Assembly: GCA_964492045.1 (NCBI GenBank)
Contig: CAZBHW010000012.1
Span: 14,431 to 78,430, forward strand
Length of the DNA stretch: 64,000 bases
Source: an uncultured Coxiellaceae bacterium
GTDB lineage: Bacteria; Pseudomonadota; Gammaproteobacteria; DSM-16500
Direction of reading: 5' to 3'
The translations under genes were made by a program, and so were the position numbers. Every line of letters starts with the position of its first letter. Position 1 is the stretch's first letter. Of this stretch, positions 44,676-56,800 are shown piece by piece. Under the pieces are notes generated by a model, which worked only from the letters and a program-made list of their open reading frames with translations, had not been told where the DNA came from and ran no database searches.

Positions 44676-47600
44676 CTATTTTGGTAGTTTCTGTTGCTTC
44701 CACAGAAAATAAACTGCTGGGATAACAACCAAAGTTAAGAGAGTAGCACTGACCATACCACCGATCATGGGCGCCGCTATCCTTCTCATGACTTCAATTC
44801 CTGTCCCACCTAGAAACATTATGGGTAATAATCCGCCGATAATTGCAAGAACTGTCATCAGTTTAGGTCTTAATCGAAGCAACGCTCCCTCTATCACCGC
44901 CAGTCGCACGTCTTCTTTAGTTAAGCTTCGATTTTCTTGACTAGCAAGCAGCTGTCGCTTCTCCAAAGCATGATTCAAGTAAACTAACATAATTACACCG
45001 GTCTCAGCAGCCACACCTGCTAATGCTATAAACCCTATCCCAACCGCTACGGAGAGATTGTAACCCAATAAGTAAATCAACCAGACACCACCAACTAGCG
45101 CAAACGGCAGTGTAGTAAGTATGATAACAACTTCCGAGAACCGCCTAAAATTGAGATACAACAATAAAATAATAATTCCCAATGTGAACGGTGCGACAAT
45201 CATTAATCTTTCTTTAGCACGCTCTAAATATTCATATTGACCAGACCATGCAATTGAATAACCTGCCGGTAACTTAATTTGTTTAGCAACAGCATTCTTG
45301 GCTTCTTTAACATACGATGCTAAATCACGATCCTTAATATCAACATACACCCAGCCATTCAGCCTGGCATTTTCACTGCGAATCATATCCGGACCTTCTG
45401 TGATATTAACACTGGCAACTTCACTTAATGGAATCGTCGCACCAGAGGCAGTCACAATAGGTAGCTGCTGCAGTTTCTCAAGAGAATCTCTAATCTCTCG
45501 CGGATAACGTAAGTTAACTGGATAACGCTCTCTTCCCTCTATCGTTTGCGTGACATTCATTCCGCCAACCGCTGTTTCCACTATTTCCTGTATATCTTCA
45601 ATATTCAATCCATAGCGTGCTGCGTTCAAACGATTTATATCAATTGTCACATAACGACTGCCGGCCACACGCTCAGCAAATGCCGATGTTGTGCCAGGTA
45701 TTTGTCTTAGTACAGTTTCAACTTGTTGACCGATTGATTGAATGACATTCAAATCGGGCCCTGATATTTTCACACCAACAGGTGTTTTAATACCCGTCGC
45801 CAACATATCAATTCGTGTTCGTATAGGCATCACCCACGCATTAGATAGCCCCGGTAATTTGACACGAGATTCAAGTTCAGCACGAATCTTATCCATGGTC
45901 ATTCCAGAGCGCCATTCACTCTTAGGTTTGAATTGAATGGTAGTTTCGACCATAGAGAGAGGTGCAGGGTCAGTCGCTGTTTCTGCTCTACCAATTTTTC
46001 CAAATACCGTTTTAACTTCTGGAACCGTGCGAATTAGCTTATCAGTCTGCTGCAAAATTTCCTGTGCTTTGCCAATTGAAAGCCCCGGGAAGGTGGTAGG
46101 CATGTAAAGCAAATCGCCTTCATCCAGTTCTGGCATAAACTCACCACCTAATCTTGAATATGGCAGCAATCCCAGAATGACAATTACTACTGCGATTAAG
46201 ATGACTTTTTCTGGCACTCTCAGCAAAATATCGATAACCGGACGATACACTGAAAATAATGCTCTGTTGAGAGGATTGTCTTGCTCAGGTCGAATTTTGC
46301 CGCGAATCAAATAACCCATCAACACAGGAACCAGTGTAATTGATAACAATGCAGCGGCGGCCATGGCATATGTTTTTGTATAAGCTAAAGGAGCAAATAA
46401 TCGCCCTTCCTGTGCCTGCAATGTAAATACAGGTAAAAAGCTAATTGTGATTATTAATAATGAGAAAAATAAAGCGGGACCTACCTCAATCGCTGCTTCT
46501 TGGATAATTTCCCAACGGTTTTTTTCAGTAACATTATCTCGCTCAAGATGCTTATGTGCATTTTCAATCATCACAATCGCCGCATCAACCATCGCACCAA
46601 TTGCAATGGCAATGCCGCCAAGTGACATAATATTTGCGTTTATGCCTTGCCAGTGCATAACAACGAATGCAAGCATAATGCCAATGGGAAGGCTAATTAT
46701 AATGATTAATGAAGATCGAAAATGAAATAAAAACGCGACGCAAATTAGTGAGACAATAATAAATTCTTCAATCAATTTATCCTTAAGGGTGTCTATCGCT
46801 CGCATAATTAAACTGGAACGATCATATGTTGTAATGATCTCCACACCTTGCGGTAAGCTAGACTGTAATTGCGCCAATTTTTCTTTTATATTTGCAATTG
46901 TTTGCATGGCATTTTGCCCATAACGCATAACAACTATGCCGCCAACCACTTCTCCTTCGCCATTAAGCTCAGTAATACCACGGCGCATTTGCGGTCCTAA
47001 TTGTACATCTGCAACATCCTGCAGAAGAATGGGAGTTCCATTTTTTCCCAATCCAAGAGGAACTTGCTCTATATCTTTAATGGACTTCATATAACCTTCA
47101 GCGCGAATCATATATTCAGCTTCACCCATCTCAATCGCTGAACCACCGGCCTCGCGATTACCTCGTTTGATAGCTTGCTTTACTTGATCTAATGTTAAGT
47201 TATAGGCACGTAATCGAATCGGGTCTAGCGTAATTTGATACTGTTTAACCATACCACCAGCAGTAGCCACCTCTGCCACACCGGGTACTTTTTGTAATTC
47301 ATACTTAAGAAACCAGTTTTGCAAACTTGTTAATTGCGCAAGGTCATGTTTGCCTGTGCGATCAACTAAAGCATATTCATAAACCCAGCCAACACCTGTT
47401 GCATCTGGACCAAGTGCTGTTTGCGCTCCAGTTGGTAATTTATTTGAAATTTGACTGAGATACTCCAACACTCTCGAACGCGCCCAATAAAGATCTGTAC
47501 CATCTTTGAAGATGATATAGACATATGACACACCAAAACCTGATTCGCCCCGTACAGTTACAGCCCCTGGAACTGCTAACATAGCTGTCGTTAAAGGATA

Positions 47601-47798
47601 GGTAACTTGATCTTCGACTACTTGCGGTGCCTGACCCGGGAAATCTGTTTTAATAATTACTTGCACATCGGATAAATCAGGAATTGCATCAACGGCTGTA
47701 TTTTCTATCGTGTAAACACTTAACAACACAAGAAATGAGGTTGCTAATAGAATTAAAAATCTATTTTGCATTGACCAGCGAATAATACCTGCAACCAT
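44676..47798 (-). CDS. cusA: HME-RND inner-membrane pump, CusA-type (Cu/Ag)
   Basis: 1040 aa with a 12-TM RND architecture. Assignment to Cus rests on the adjacent CusB with a fused CusF domain. Confidence 0.85.
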   Translation of the reverse strand: MVAGIIRWSMQNRFLILLATSFLVLLSVYTIENTAVDAIPDLSDVQVIIKTDFPGQAPQVVEDQVTYPLTTAMLAVPGAVTVRGESGFGVSYVYIIFKDGTDLYWARSRVLEYLSQISNKLPTGAQTALGPDATGVGWVYEYALVDRTGKHDLAQLTSLQNWFLKYELQKVPGVAEVATAGGMVKQYQITLDPIRLRAYNLTLDQVKQAIKRGNREAGGSAIEMGEAEYMIRAEGYMKSIKDIEQVPLGLGKNGTPILLQDVADVQLGPQMRRGITELNGEGEVVGGIVVMRYGQNAMQTIANIKEKLAQLQSSLPQGVEIITTYDRSSLIMRAIDTLKDKLIEEFIIVSLICVAFLFHFRSSLIIIISLPIGIMLAFVVMHWQGINANIMSLGGIAIAIGAMVDAAIVMIENAHKHLERDNVTEKNRWEIIQEAAIEVGPALFFSLLIITISFLPVFTLQAQEGRLFAPLAYTKTYAMAAAALLSITLVPVLMGYLIRGKIRPEQDNPLNRALFSVYRPVIDILLRVPEKVILIAVVIVILGLLPYSRLGGEFMPELDEGDLLYMPTTFPGLSIGKAQEILQQTDKLIRTVPEVKTVFGKIGRAETATDPAPLSMVETTIQFKPKSEWRSGMTMDKIRAELESRVKLPGLSNAWVMPIRTRIDMLATGIKTPVGVKISGPDLNVIQSIGQQVETVLRQIPGTTSAFAERVAGSRYVTIDINRLNAARYGLNIEDIQEIVETAVGGMNVTQTIEGRERYPVNLRYPREIRDSLEKLQQLPIVTASGATIPLSEVASVNITEGPDMIRSENARLNGWVYVDIKDRDLASYVKEAKNAVAKQIKLPAGYSIAWSGQYEYLERAKERLMIVAPFTLGIIILLLYLNFRRFSEVVIILTTLPFALVGGVWLIYLLGYNLSVAVGIGFIALAGVAAETGVIMLVYLNHALEKRQLLASQENRSLTKEDVRLAVIEGALLRLRPKLMTVLAIIGGLLPIMFLGGTGIEVMRRIAAPMIGGMVSATLLTLVVIPAVYFLWKQQKLPK

Positions 47799-47811
47799 GT
47801 GTTGCTTCCTT

Positions 47812-49257
47812 TCAATTTGATGATTTGGTCATACTGGTAATGTCATAACTATCATCTTTATCTTTTTTTAATGTAAATTTTACTATATCGCCTATCTGGA
47901 ACTGATTAATCTCCACACTTTCATTTACAGAAAATTTCATTGTCATTTCAGGCCAATTTAATGCTGGTATGGCTTCATGTTTAAGTGTCAGAGTGTGATC
48001 ATCAGGATTAATATTTGTGATCACACCTTTACCTACAATCAGTGGCTCAGCAACTGTCGATTGGTTAACGGTCTCACCAGCAGAACTATCTATACGCTCA
48101 AAACCAGCTTGTAAATTCGTTTCAGAATCTATTAGAAATTGCCCCGACACTACAACATTCTCTCCAACTTTTAAGCCAGAAATAATTTCAACTCGCTCGC
48201 CTGATTCAATCCCAATTTTTACGTCACGCGCTTGAAATTGTCCGTCGTTCAATTTTACGATGACTCGATTCCCCTGCGAACTTCGAATTAATGCTTCCAA
48301 CGGAATGCTAAGAGCATTAGGTTTTGGTTCTACGAACAACGAAATATTTGCATACATGTTTGGTTTCAATATACCGTCTGGATTATTAAACCTAAATCGA
48401 ATTTTAAGAGTACGTGTCGTTGGATCAACTTGTGGATAGATATACTCGACCACTCCGCCCCATGTTTTATCTGGAAAAGCTGATAATTTTGCTTCAGCTT
48501 TCTCGCCAACTTTAACCCAATTTGCTTCATCCTCATAAACTTGAGCAATCATCCAGATACTGGATAAGTCGACTATACTCATCATTTCTGTATCAGGCGT
48601 AACATGCATTCCTTCTCGAATATTTAACGTGGTCACCACACCATCTTGATGTGAATACATATCCACCAATTCGCTTGCTTTTCGTGTGCCTTTTAATTGT
48701 TTAATTTGCTCATCAGAAATATGGAATGCTTGTAATCTTTTATATGACGCATCTATTAAAGACTGATTACCACTTCCCAAAGCAATTAAATATTCTTCTT
48801 GCACAGTCACCAACTGCGGTGAATAAAGCTGTAAAACCACTTGATGTTTTTTTACAACTTCGCCAACTGTTTTGACATTAAGCTTTCTTACCCAACCCTC
48901 TGCATAAGTATGAATATGGCTTATTTCATTTTCATTCGGCTCAACATAACCGACTGTTTCAATACGCCTATCGAACATGCCTTGGGTCACAACAGCTGTT
49001 CGCACACCCAAATTATTCACAACGGCAGGTGAAATTCGAACACTCGATTCATCAGTCGAGCTATCAGGGTAGACTGGTATCAACTCCATACCCATTCGAG
49101 ATTTTCCCGGACCCGGATAGTGAATGGTAGGCTCCATTGTATCAACCCAATATAGTGGTTTTTTGCTGGATTGCGGTGTGTGACCAATACTCCATCCGAT
49201 CACGATGCCAGCAATGACAGCAAATGCCACGATATAGAGTAATGTCCGATTCTTCAT
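47812..49257 (-). CDS. cusB: CusB-type RND periplasmic adaptor with an N-terminal HMBD motif and a C-terminal CusF-like domain
   Basis: 481 aa. The N-terminus has [29 protein letters not shown], the core is HlyD-like, and the C-terminal roughly 80 aa carry [18 protein letters not shown] (the CusF MTMxF motif). Confidence 0.85.
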   Translation of the reverse strand: MKNRTLLYIVAFAVIAGIVIGWSIGHTPQSSKKPLYWVDTMEPTIHYPGPGKSRMGMELIPVYPDSSTDESSVRISPAVVNNLGVRTAVVTQGMFDRRIETVGYVEPNENEISHIHTYAEGWVRKLNVKTVGEVVKKHQVVLQLYSPQLVTVQEEYLIALGSGNQSLIDASYKRLQAFHISDEQIKQLKGTRKASELVDMYSHQDGVVTTLNIREGMHVTPDTEMMSIVDLSSIWMIAQVYEDEANWVKVGEKAEAKLSAFPDKTWGGVVEYIYPQVDPTTRTLKIRFRFNNPDGILKPNMYANISLFVEPKPNALSIPLEALIRSSQGNRVIVKLNDGQFQARDVKIGIESGERVEIISGLKVGENVVVSGQFLIDSETNLQAGFERIDSSAGETVNQSTVAEPLIVGKGVITNINPDDHTLTLKHEAIPALNWPEMTMKFSVNESVEINQFQIGDIVKFTLKKDKDDSYDITSMTKSSN

Positions 49258-49261
49258 TTAC

Positions 49262-49510
49262 TCATTCCTTGGCAGATGACTCAGAATTACTCTGCTTCTC
49301 TTTAGGATAGACAGGCACAAGCTCCATACCCATACGCGATTTTCCTGGAGCATCATAGTGAATATCTGGTTCCATGGTATCAACCCAATACAAAGGTTTT
49401 TTATCGGTGGATTGTGCTTGAGTATTCGTTGTTGAATTTTCTGAGGCATACACAGCCAATGGAAATGCGACTAATATTATTATGAATAAAAATATTTTTT
49501 TTATCTTCAT
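49262..49510 (-). CDS. small secreted protein consisting of a signal peptide plus a copy of the CusB N-terminal heavy-metal-binding motif
   Basis: 82 aa. [33 protein letters not shown] is nearly identical to CusB residues about 33-65. Confidence 0.65.
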   Translation of the reverse strand: MKIKKIFLFIIILVAFPLAVYASENSTTNTQAQSTDKKPLYWVDTMEPDIHYDAPGKSRMGMELVPVYPKEKQSNSESSAKE

Positions 49511-49569
49511 GAAGTCACTCCTTCTAAATAAAGTATGGCGGCTCGCGCTTTTTCACGCTCAACTTCAAT

Positions 49570-50784
49570 TTATGTTCCTTCTAATCGAATGTTTAATTGA
49601 TTACTAAAAGCGCGTAACACTGTTGTTAAATTAGTTGTAGCATTTTGGTATGCTAATAATGCTGCCTTAGTATTCTGAGTTGCCTCAGGAACTAAATGAT
49701 GTCGATATAAGCTCACACGTTTTGAATAACTTTTCCAAACTGCATATTGAACAGTGAGTTCTTTCAATAAATCTTTATAATGAATATCGCGATCTAGTTG
49801 CGTAGAAGTTAATTGATCCGCACTTGCTCTTACTCGTTGATCTTGACGGCTGCCAGTAAAAAGTGGCAGATCAATAGTGACTTGCGCTCCCACAAAATCA
49901 GAGCGAGGTTGCCCATCTTGAAATTTGCCTTGACGTACCGCATAACCAACTTCTGCCGTCCAACCCGGTTTATATTGTTCGTTCGCATAATCCACTTCAT
50001 CACGAGCAGCTTCAATATTTGCGGAATCAACTTTTAATAATGGATGCTGCAGTAAATGCGCTTGCAATGTGGCTGCTGGTACGGGAGCTGGCCAATGCGG
50101 CAATGAATTAGATATAGGACGGTTTGCTGCCTCTGCACCAATCCAACGCCCTAGCTGCGCTCGCAACACATCTATACGCTGTTCAACTTGAGCTTTCTGA
50201 TCATTTAATCGAGTAAGCTCTACTTGAATTTGCAATACATCAGATTGGGTTCCTTTCCCTGAGCTATATTGAGATTCAGTCGCCTTTAATAAGCTTCGAT
50301 ATAATGCGCGATTCTCGCGAACGACTTTAGCTGCTTGATGCCAGTAATAAAGATCAAGCCATGTTTCTCTAACATTCCGCAATATCATTGCAGCTTGTTC
50401 ATGGATTTTTTCTTGTTGAGCGTTTGCCAAGGCCTTCGTTTTTTTTGATTTCATCGCTAATGAGTGACCAGGTGCAAATGTCTGCTGCAGCCCAAATTGC
50501 ACCATGGTCATGTCATCTTGATTAAAACTGAATGAATTCGTAGGAACGTTTGCTGCGCCAACAATGAGTTGGGGATCAGACCATTGACCATCTGCGACTG
50601 CCTGTGCTCTTAAAGAATTAGCATTAGCTTGTAATTGCTTCAACTCAGGGGCAGTAGTGATTGCTAACCGCTCGGCTTCAGACAAACTTAAACTGTTATT
50701 GGAATAAGAGGCATAGCTAAGCAATGGACTTGCGGCCAAAATAATGGAGGGTACAATCCTTTGTAATATGGTCTTCCAGAACAT
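49570..50784 (-). CDS. cusC: CusC-type outer-membrane efflux protein (TolC family)
   Basis: 404 aa with a signal peptide and a two-repeat OEP architecture. It is the first gene of the co-directional cluster. Confidence 0.8.
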   Translation of the reverse strand: MFWKTILQRIVPSIILAASPLLSYASYSNNSLSLSEAERLAITTAPELKQLQANANSLRAQAVADGQWSDPQLIVGAANVPTNSFSFNQDDMTMVQFGLQQTFAPGHSLAMKSKKTKALANAQQEKIHEQAAMILRNVRETWLDLYYWHQAAKVVRENRALYRSLLKATESQYSSGKGTQSDVLQIQVELTRLNDQKAQVEQRIDVLRAQLGRWIGAEAANRPISNSLPHWPAPVPAATLQAHLLQHPLLKVDSANIEAARDEVDYANEQYKPGWTAEVGYAVRQGKFQDGQPRSDFVGAQVTIDLPLFTGSRQDQRVRASADQLTSTQLDRDIHYKDLLKELTVQYAVWKSYSKRVSLYRHHLVPEATQNTKAALLAYQNATTNLTTVLRAFSNQLNIRLEGT

Positions 50785-50969
50785 TTATTCTCATCCTGTA
50801 TAGAATCCAGCCGAACCCCAACTTTAGCTATATATGCTTATATTATAATGTATTTAATAGACTCGATGTTGGGTTAAGGTTTAAGCGATAAAATACAGGG
50901 TTTTTCATCATAAAATGTGTATTTAATGATGTAATCAGCCAGGAATGGTTTACTTTCTTACAGTAAACG

Positions 50970-51413
50970 TTACTCGTCAATTGCACGTACATCAGAAATC
51001 TTTTTAGACCCCGCAGAATTGATATTTCTTAATGCATCAGTGGGACACCGATATGCTAAACCGCTGATCGCATGCGCATCCAATTCCCATTGGAACTTAC
51101 CATCTGCGATAATATATTCTGGATGTTCATAATATTTTGTCTTGTGGCTGGTAATGTTAATAACATTAGCGCCTAATTTCACTGCCTGGCTTCTTAACTG
51201 ATCCAATTGCTTTTCTTGAACCACTCTGTGAGATGGACCATAAATGTTTTCTTCACTAATGCTTACTTTACCTTGCAAATGACAGTTTTTATAAACACCA
51301 CCAGCTATGATTTTAACAGTGTCTCTGCTCGGTTCAGGTTGCTTAGCTGCGACGCATCCTGCAAGTAAAATAAAAATGAAATAAAAGGATCCTCGCAATT
51401 TATTAAGTTTCAT
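50970..51413 (-). CDS. DUF4156-family lipoprotein (paralog C)
   Basis: The ATG at 51413 gives MKLNKLRGSFYFIFILLAGCVAA (lipobox). Also present are NCHLQGKVS, LRSQAVKLGANVINIT and GLAYRCP. Confidence 0.65.
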   Translation of the reverse strand: MKLNKLRGSFYFIFILLAGCVAAKQPEPSRDTVKIIAGGVYKNCHLQGKVSISEENIYGPSHRVVQEKQLDQLRSQAVKLGANVINITSHKTKYYEHPEYIIADGKFQWELDAHAISGLAYRCPTDALRNINSAGSKKISDVRAIDE

Positions 51414-51575
51414 AGAGCCAACTCCGTATGATATACCTAATATCGAGCATAACATTGGTTATCTTCACAAACACGAAATATTATGTGCCTAACAATGTTG
51501 ACAATGGGGGTTATTACATACAGAACATGTTATTATACTAGAGGATAAGTAGAGAAACGAAGACAAGGAAGCGCG

Positions 51576-51752
51576 ATGTCACAAGAGCAAGAGCGTAACA
51601 ATACGAAACATCAAAATCCACCAGCAAACAAAGGCTCATGGTTGCCTATTCTGGGCTTACTGGCATTAATCCTTATCGCAACAATCGGATACCACATCAT
51701 CACTAGACATGGCGATCTATTTGCTAGAGTCTCAGCAACCTCAGCCCGTTGA
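51576..51752 (+). CDS. possible 58-aa single-pass membrane protein
   Basis: The ATG has an AAGGAAG RBS. The sequence is MSQEQERNNTKHQNPPANKGSWLPILGLLALILIATIGYHIITRHG.... It is below the size cut-off of the ORF track and overlaps the ATPase 3' end convergently by 29 nt. Confidence 0.3.
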   Translation: MSQEQERNNTKHQNPPANKGSWLPILGLLALILIATIGYHIITRHGDLFARVSATSAR

Positions 51753-53844
51753 ACACAACAATTAAACTTGCACCCATATCCGCAAAAACAGCCATCCACA
51801 ATGTAGCCATACCTAAAAGGGCCAAGACAAAAAATACTGCTTTAATGCCAATCGATAAAATAATATTTTGCGTGAGATTGCTCCAAGTAGAACGACTTAT
51901 TGTGATGAATAATGGAATTTTTTCAAGATTGTCATCCATAATCACTACATCGGCTGTTTCTAAAGCGATATCGGTTCCCTGATGACCCATAGCAAATCCA
52001 ATCGAAGCTTTTGAAAGAGCAGGCGCATCATTCACACCATCTCCAACCATGCCAACATAATTAAATTCATTAATGAGTTTACTCATAATTTCAGACTTAT
52101 CTGTTGGTAATAAATTAGCATGCACAGTATCAATGCCAAGTTGCTTTGCTATCACATGAGCTGTGATGGGATTATCCCCTGTAATCATCGCGGTTGTTAA
52201 ACCAAGATTATGGATTTGGTTGATAGCAATATTGCTTGTTGGCTTAAGTACATCAGTAACTGCGATTATCGCAAGCACTTTTTCTTTGTCCGCTAAGACA
52301 ATTACTGTTTTGCCTTGTGCCTCCAAACCTGTTAGCTGTGTTTCAACATTAGAATCACATACATTATTCTCTTCGGCAAATCGATGGTTTCCTAATGCGT
52401 AAAGTCGATGGCCAATCTCACCAACTACACCTTTACCAGAGATAGATACAAATTTATTTACACTCGATAAATTCATTTTAGGATTAGACTTATTCCACTC
52501 CTGAATAATAGCCTCTGCAACTGGGTGTTCAGAGTGTGCTTCAAGGCTTGCCGCTATATATAATGATTCGTGAGCAGTCAAGTTACTAAATGAAACCACA
52601 TCCGTGACTTTAGGTTTGCCGATTGTTAATGTGCCAGTTTTGTCAAAAGCAATTGCTTTTAACAAATGTCCTCTCTCTAAGTACGTCCCCCCTTTTACTA
52701 AAATCCCATGTTTAGCTGCTGCAGTTAGTCCACTAACAATCGTAATTGGAGTTGATATAACCAATGCACATGGGCAAGCAATAACTAATAAGACTAAAGC
52801 TTCATAAAGCCATATTTCATAAGGTGCATGAAATAACAGGGTTGGTACAATCACCATGAGTAATGCCGCAATTACCATAATAGGCGTGTAATATTTAGCA
52901 AATTGATCTACAAATCGTTGCGTAGGTGCGCGCTCAGATTGTGCTTGTTGCACTGCTTTAATAATTTTAGCAATTAGTGTTTGGTTTGTATGAGCCGTAA
53001 CACGAAATTCAAATGAGCCTCTTTCATTAATTGATCCCGCATAAACAGTATCGCCTATCTGCTTTTCAACGGGCATTGACTCTCCCGTAATTGGTGCTTG
53101 ATTTACGCTTGAATTACCTTTTGTTACAACTCCATCTATAGGTATTCTTTCGCCTGGTTTCACCCACACAATATCATCTAATTTTAATTTAGAAACGGGT
53201 AGAATTTCCCAAGCATCACTTTTAGACTTCACAGTCGCAGTATCAGGCGTAATCTCAATTAAGCGTCTTATCGCGTGACGTGCTTTTTCTAGTGAATAAC
53301 TCTCAATGGCTTCCGCTAATGTAAACAAAAAAGTTACCATTGCAGCTTCAGGCCACTCACCCAAAAAAGCCGCACCGATAATTGCAATGGTCATTAAGAA
53401 ATTCATATTGAATGTAAAATATCGAACTGCTTTCAATCCTTTCATCACTGTTTGGCGGCCGCCAATAATCATCGATGCAAGTGACATGACGATAATAACA
53501 ACCGACTTTTCATTTTGAATTAATAACGCATAACATTCTGCGGCTACTGCCAATATGCCAGACAGTCCTATGATCAACCAATCACGAAGACTAATACCTG
53601 ACTGTAATAAATCCAAACTTGAAGTTGTGTATGAATCTGGTTTTATCTTTGATTCCATACCTACTTTTGCCAACTCATTTTGAACTTGTAAGACATCAAT
53701 ACCCGCGTGAGCAAAGCTCAACTCCTGTTGAATTAAATTAAATTCAAGATCGTAGATACCTGATATTTGACTAAGCCGGTCTCTTATTATTTTTTCTTCA
53801 GTTGGGCAATCCATTTTTGGAATATAAAAAGTAGTTTTTTGCAT
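51724..53844 (-). CDS. Zn/Cd/Co-type P1B ATPase (ZntA/CadA/CzcP-like)
   Basis: 706 aa with an N-terminal MDCPTEE metal-binding variant, CPC (IACPCALVIS), DKTGTLT and GDGVNDAP. Confidence 0.85.
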   Translation of the reverse strand: MQKTTFYIPKMDCPTEEKIIRDRLSQISGIYDLEFNLIQQELSFAHAGIDVLQVQNELAKVGMESKIKPDSYTTSSLDLLQSGISLRDWLIIGLSGILAVAAECYALLIQNEKSVVIIVMSLASMIIGGRQTVMKGLKAVRYFTFNMNFLMTIAIIGAAFLGEWPEAAMVTFLFTLAEAIESYSLEKARHAIRRLIEITPDTATVKSKSDAWEILPVSKLKLDDIVWVKPGERIPIDGVVTKGNSSVNQAPITGESMPVEKQIGDTVYAGSINERGSFEFRVTAHTNQTLIAKIIKAVQQAQSERAPTQRFVDQFAKYYTPIMVIAALLMVIVPTLLFHAPYEIWLYEALVLLVIACPCALVISTPITIVSGLTAAAKHGILVKGGTYLERGHLLKAIAFDKTGTLTIGKPKVTDVVSFSNLTAHESLYIAASLEAHSEHPVAEAIIQEWNKSNPKMNLSSVNKFVSISGKGVVGEIGHRLYALGNHRFAEENNVCDSNVETQLTGLEAQGKTVIVLADKEKVLAIIAVTDVLKPTSNIAINQIHNLGLTTAMITGDNPITAHVIAKQLGIDTVHANLLPTDKSEIMSKLINEFNYVGMVGDGVNDAPALSKASIGFAMGHQGTDIALETADVVIMDDNLEKIPLFITISRSTWSNLTQNIILSIGIKAVFFVLALLGMATLWMAVFADMGASLIVVFNGLRLLRL

Positions 53845-56800
53845 ATAACTCCATATTTCTCTTTTATATATAAACTGGCGTAGCTTTGGCTATGATTTGC
53901 ATTTGTACCGTTTCTAAAAAAGTGTGCATAAAGAACAGGCAAAACAATTAATGTTAAGGCTGTAGAAGATATGAGGCCCCCTACAACAACAGTAGCTAAC
54001 GGTCTTTGGATTTCAGCTCCAATTCCACGCGCTAATAACATGGGTATCAGACCAAGTGCAGTTATAAATGCTGTCATTAATACAGGCCGTAATCTTGAAA
54101 CTGAACCAGCAAATACCGCTTCATCAACGGGCATACCACCTTGTTTATTTTGATTGATAGCATTCACTAAAACCACACCATTCAAAACAGCGATACCGAA
54201 AAGAGCAATAAATCCTATTGATCCAGGTACAGATAAATATTGCCCGGAAATAAACAAAGCAACTATGCCCCCGATTAAAGCTAATGGAACATTAATCATA
54301 ACAAGCAGCGCTTGTCCTGCAGAATCAAATGCAAAATACAAAAGTAAAAATATTAATGCTAATGAGATCGGAACTACGATCATTAATCGTTGTTGAGCAC
54401 GCTGTTGATTTTTAAATTGACCACCATAGGTCACTGAATATCCGGGTGGTAACTTAACAGATTTTTCTATTTTTTGCTGTATTTCAGAAACAACACTTCC
54501 CATGTCGCGGCCTTCGACATTAGTCTGGATGACGACACGTCGTTGCACATCATCACGGCGTATTTGTGGTGGTGATGATTCTATTTTTACACTGGCAATA
54601 TCACTTAAACGAACCCATGCACCTTTAGGCGAAAGTAAAATTAGATTTCCGATTGATTCAATGCTGTCACGATAGGGTTTTCCTAACCTAACATAAATAT
54701 CGTATCTCTCATTACCATTGATTACTTGGCCTGCAGCTTTCCCACCGATTGAGTCACTAATCAATGACATGACTTGTCCGATTGAGATTCCATATCGCAT
54801 AAGTGCTTCTCTATCGGGTTTAATTACTAACTGCGCTTCACCTGAAATTTGTTCCATTGAAACGTCACGAGTGCCATCTACTGATTTTACAACATCTTCA
54901 ATTTCACGACCTTTCTCAGCCAAAATTGTCAAATCAGAACCAAATAATTTTACAGCTAATTGTGCGCGCACTCCTGAAATCAACTCATCGACACGGCTGG
55001 CGATAGGTTGTGAAAACGACAAGAGTATACCGGGGTAAACCGATAGTTTCTTTTCCATCATTTCTTGTAGCTCAAATCTGTTATTAGCTGATACCCACTC
55101 TTTAACTGGTTTTAATCCAACATATATTTCGATGTTTGAAACCGGTTCTGGATCACCACCTAACTCTGGACGTCCAATGCGACTCGAAGCATAGGTTACT
55201 TCAGGGAAGGACATGATTTGCTGCTCAAGCTCGTTAGAGACTTTGAGTGCCGTATCCACGCTAGCAGAAGGAGAGAGAGTTGCACGTATATTGATTGTAC
55301 CTTCCTCTAGCTCTGGAACAAATTCAGTGCCTAAAAATGGCAACAACATAAGAGAGAATAGAAATAAGCAAATGACGCTAATGATAATTGGTTTGGGGCG
55401 CAAAAGTGCCTTAGTAAGCAGGGATGTATAATGATGCATGATTGGACGCAAAACTGGACTTTCTCTATGCTTAACAGCAGATTGAAAAAAGTAAGTCGAT
55501 AATGCTGGTATTACCATCATTGCCACAACCAGTGAGGCTAACATTGCAAGTACAATACTTATTGCCATTGGTTGAAACAATTTACCTTCAACACCTTGTA
55601 GGCTAAATAAAGGTGTAAATACCACAATAATAATTAATACAGCAAAGAAAACTGGTCTGGCTACTTCGCGTGCAGCCTCGAGAATTCGGATAGGAATAGC
55701 ATGATTACTTTCTTCAATCTCCACTTCACTTTCTTCATCCTCATCTTCTTCAGATGTAGCATGTTGTGTATAAGATCGACTGGAGCCTGGCTGACTTAAA
55801 TGTTTAAAAATATTTTCCATCATAACAACGGATCCATCGACCATCATGCCAATTGCAATAGCTAATCCGCCTAATGACATTAAATTAGCTGATAATCCCC
55901 AATAAGCCATTGCCATGAGCGCAAGACCAACTGAAATAGGCACTGAAATTAGTACGAGGAATGTTGCGCGTAAATTCATTAAGAAGAGAAATAATACTAC
56001 GAGTATTAATACAAATGCTTCAATTAATGCTTTGATGACTGTGTGTACGGCTTGTTGAATTAAGTCAGCTTGATCGTATACAGGTTCAAGTTGCACACCC
56101 TCTGGAAGAGCTTTTTGAATGATGGGTAGCACATCTTTAATACCATCAATGGTTGCTTTAGTATTGGCGCCAATTCTTTTCAGAACGATTCCTGCTACCA
56201 CTTCACCAAGGGCGTTTGGTTTACCATCAACGCCACGTTCGGTCATGCTGACAGCTCCCTGTCGTATTTCACTTCCGTATGCCACTTGAGCAACATTGCG
56301 TACACGAACAACTACACCGTCTTTATCTTTTATGGGAATATTTTTAATATCTAATATTCCGTTGTCGCCGCTTCGTACCCATCCAAAACCACGTATAGTT
56401 AATTGTTCTGAACCACGATCGAGATACCATCCACCTGCATTCCGATTATTAGCATCTATCGCATTTACTAAATCATCAATAGTGAGGTGATACGCTAGTA
56501 ATCGTGCGGGATCGACTTGTACTTGATATTGTCGAACTTCACCACCGAATGACAAAACATCTGTCACTCCATCAACCGGCGCGATTAAGAGTTTCACCAC
56601 CCAATCATTTAACCCTCTCAATGCCATGACATCATATTTTTTTGCATCATTACTGCGTAGAATGTATTGATACACTTGACCTAGACCTGAAGTATTCGGC
56701 CCCATTTCAGGTACACCGACTCCAGATGGAATCTTTTCACGCGCTGCTTGTAATCTCTCAAACACCTGCTGACGCGCGAAATAAATATTTACGTTATCTT

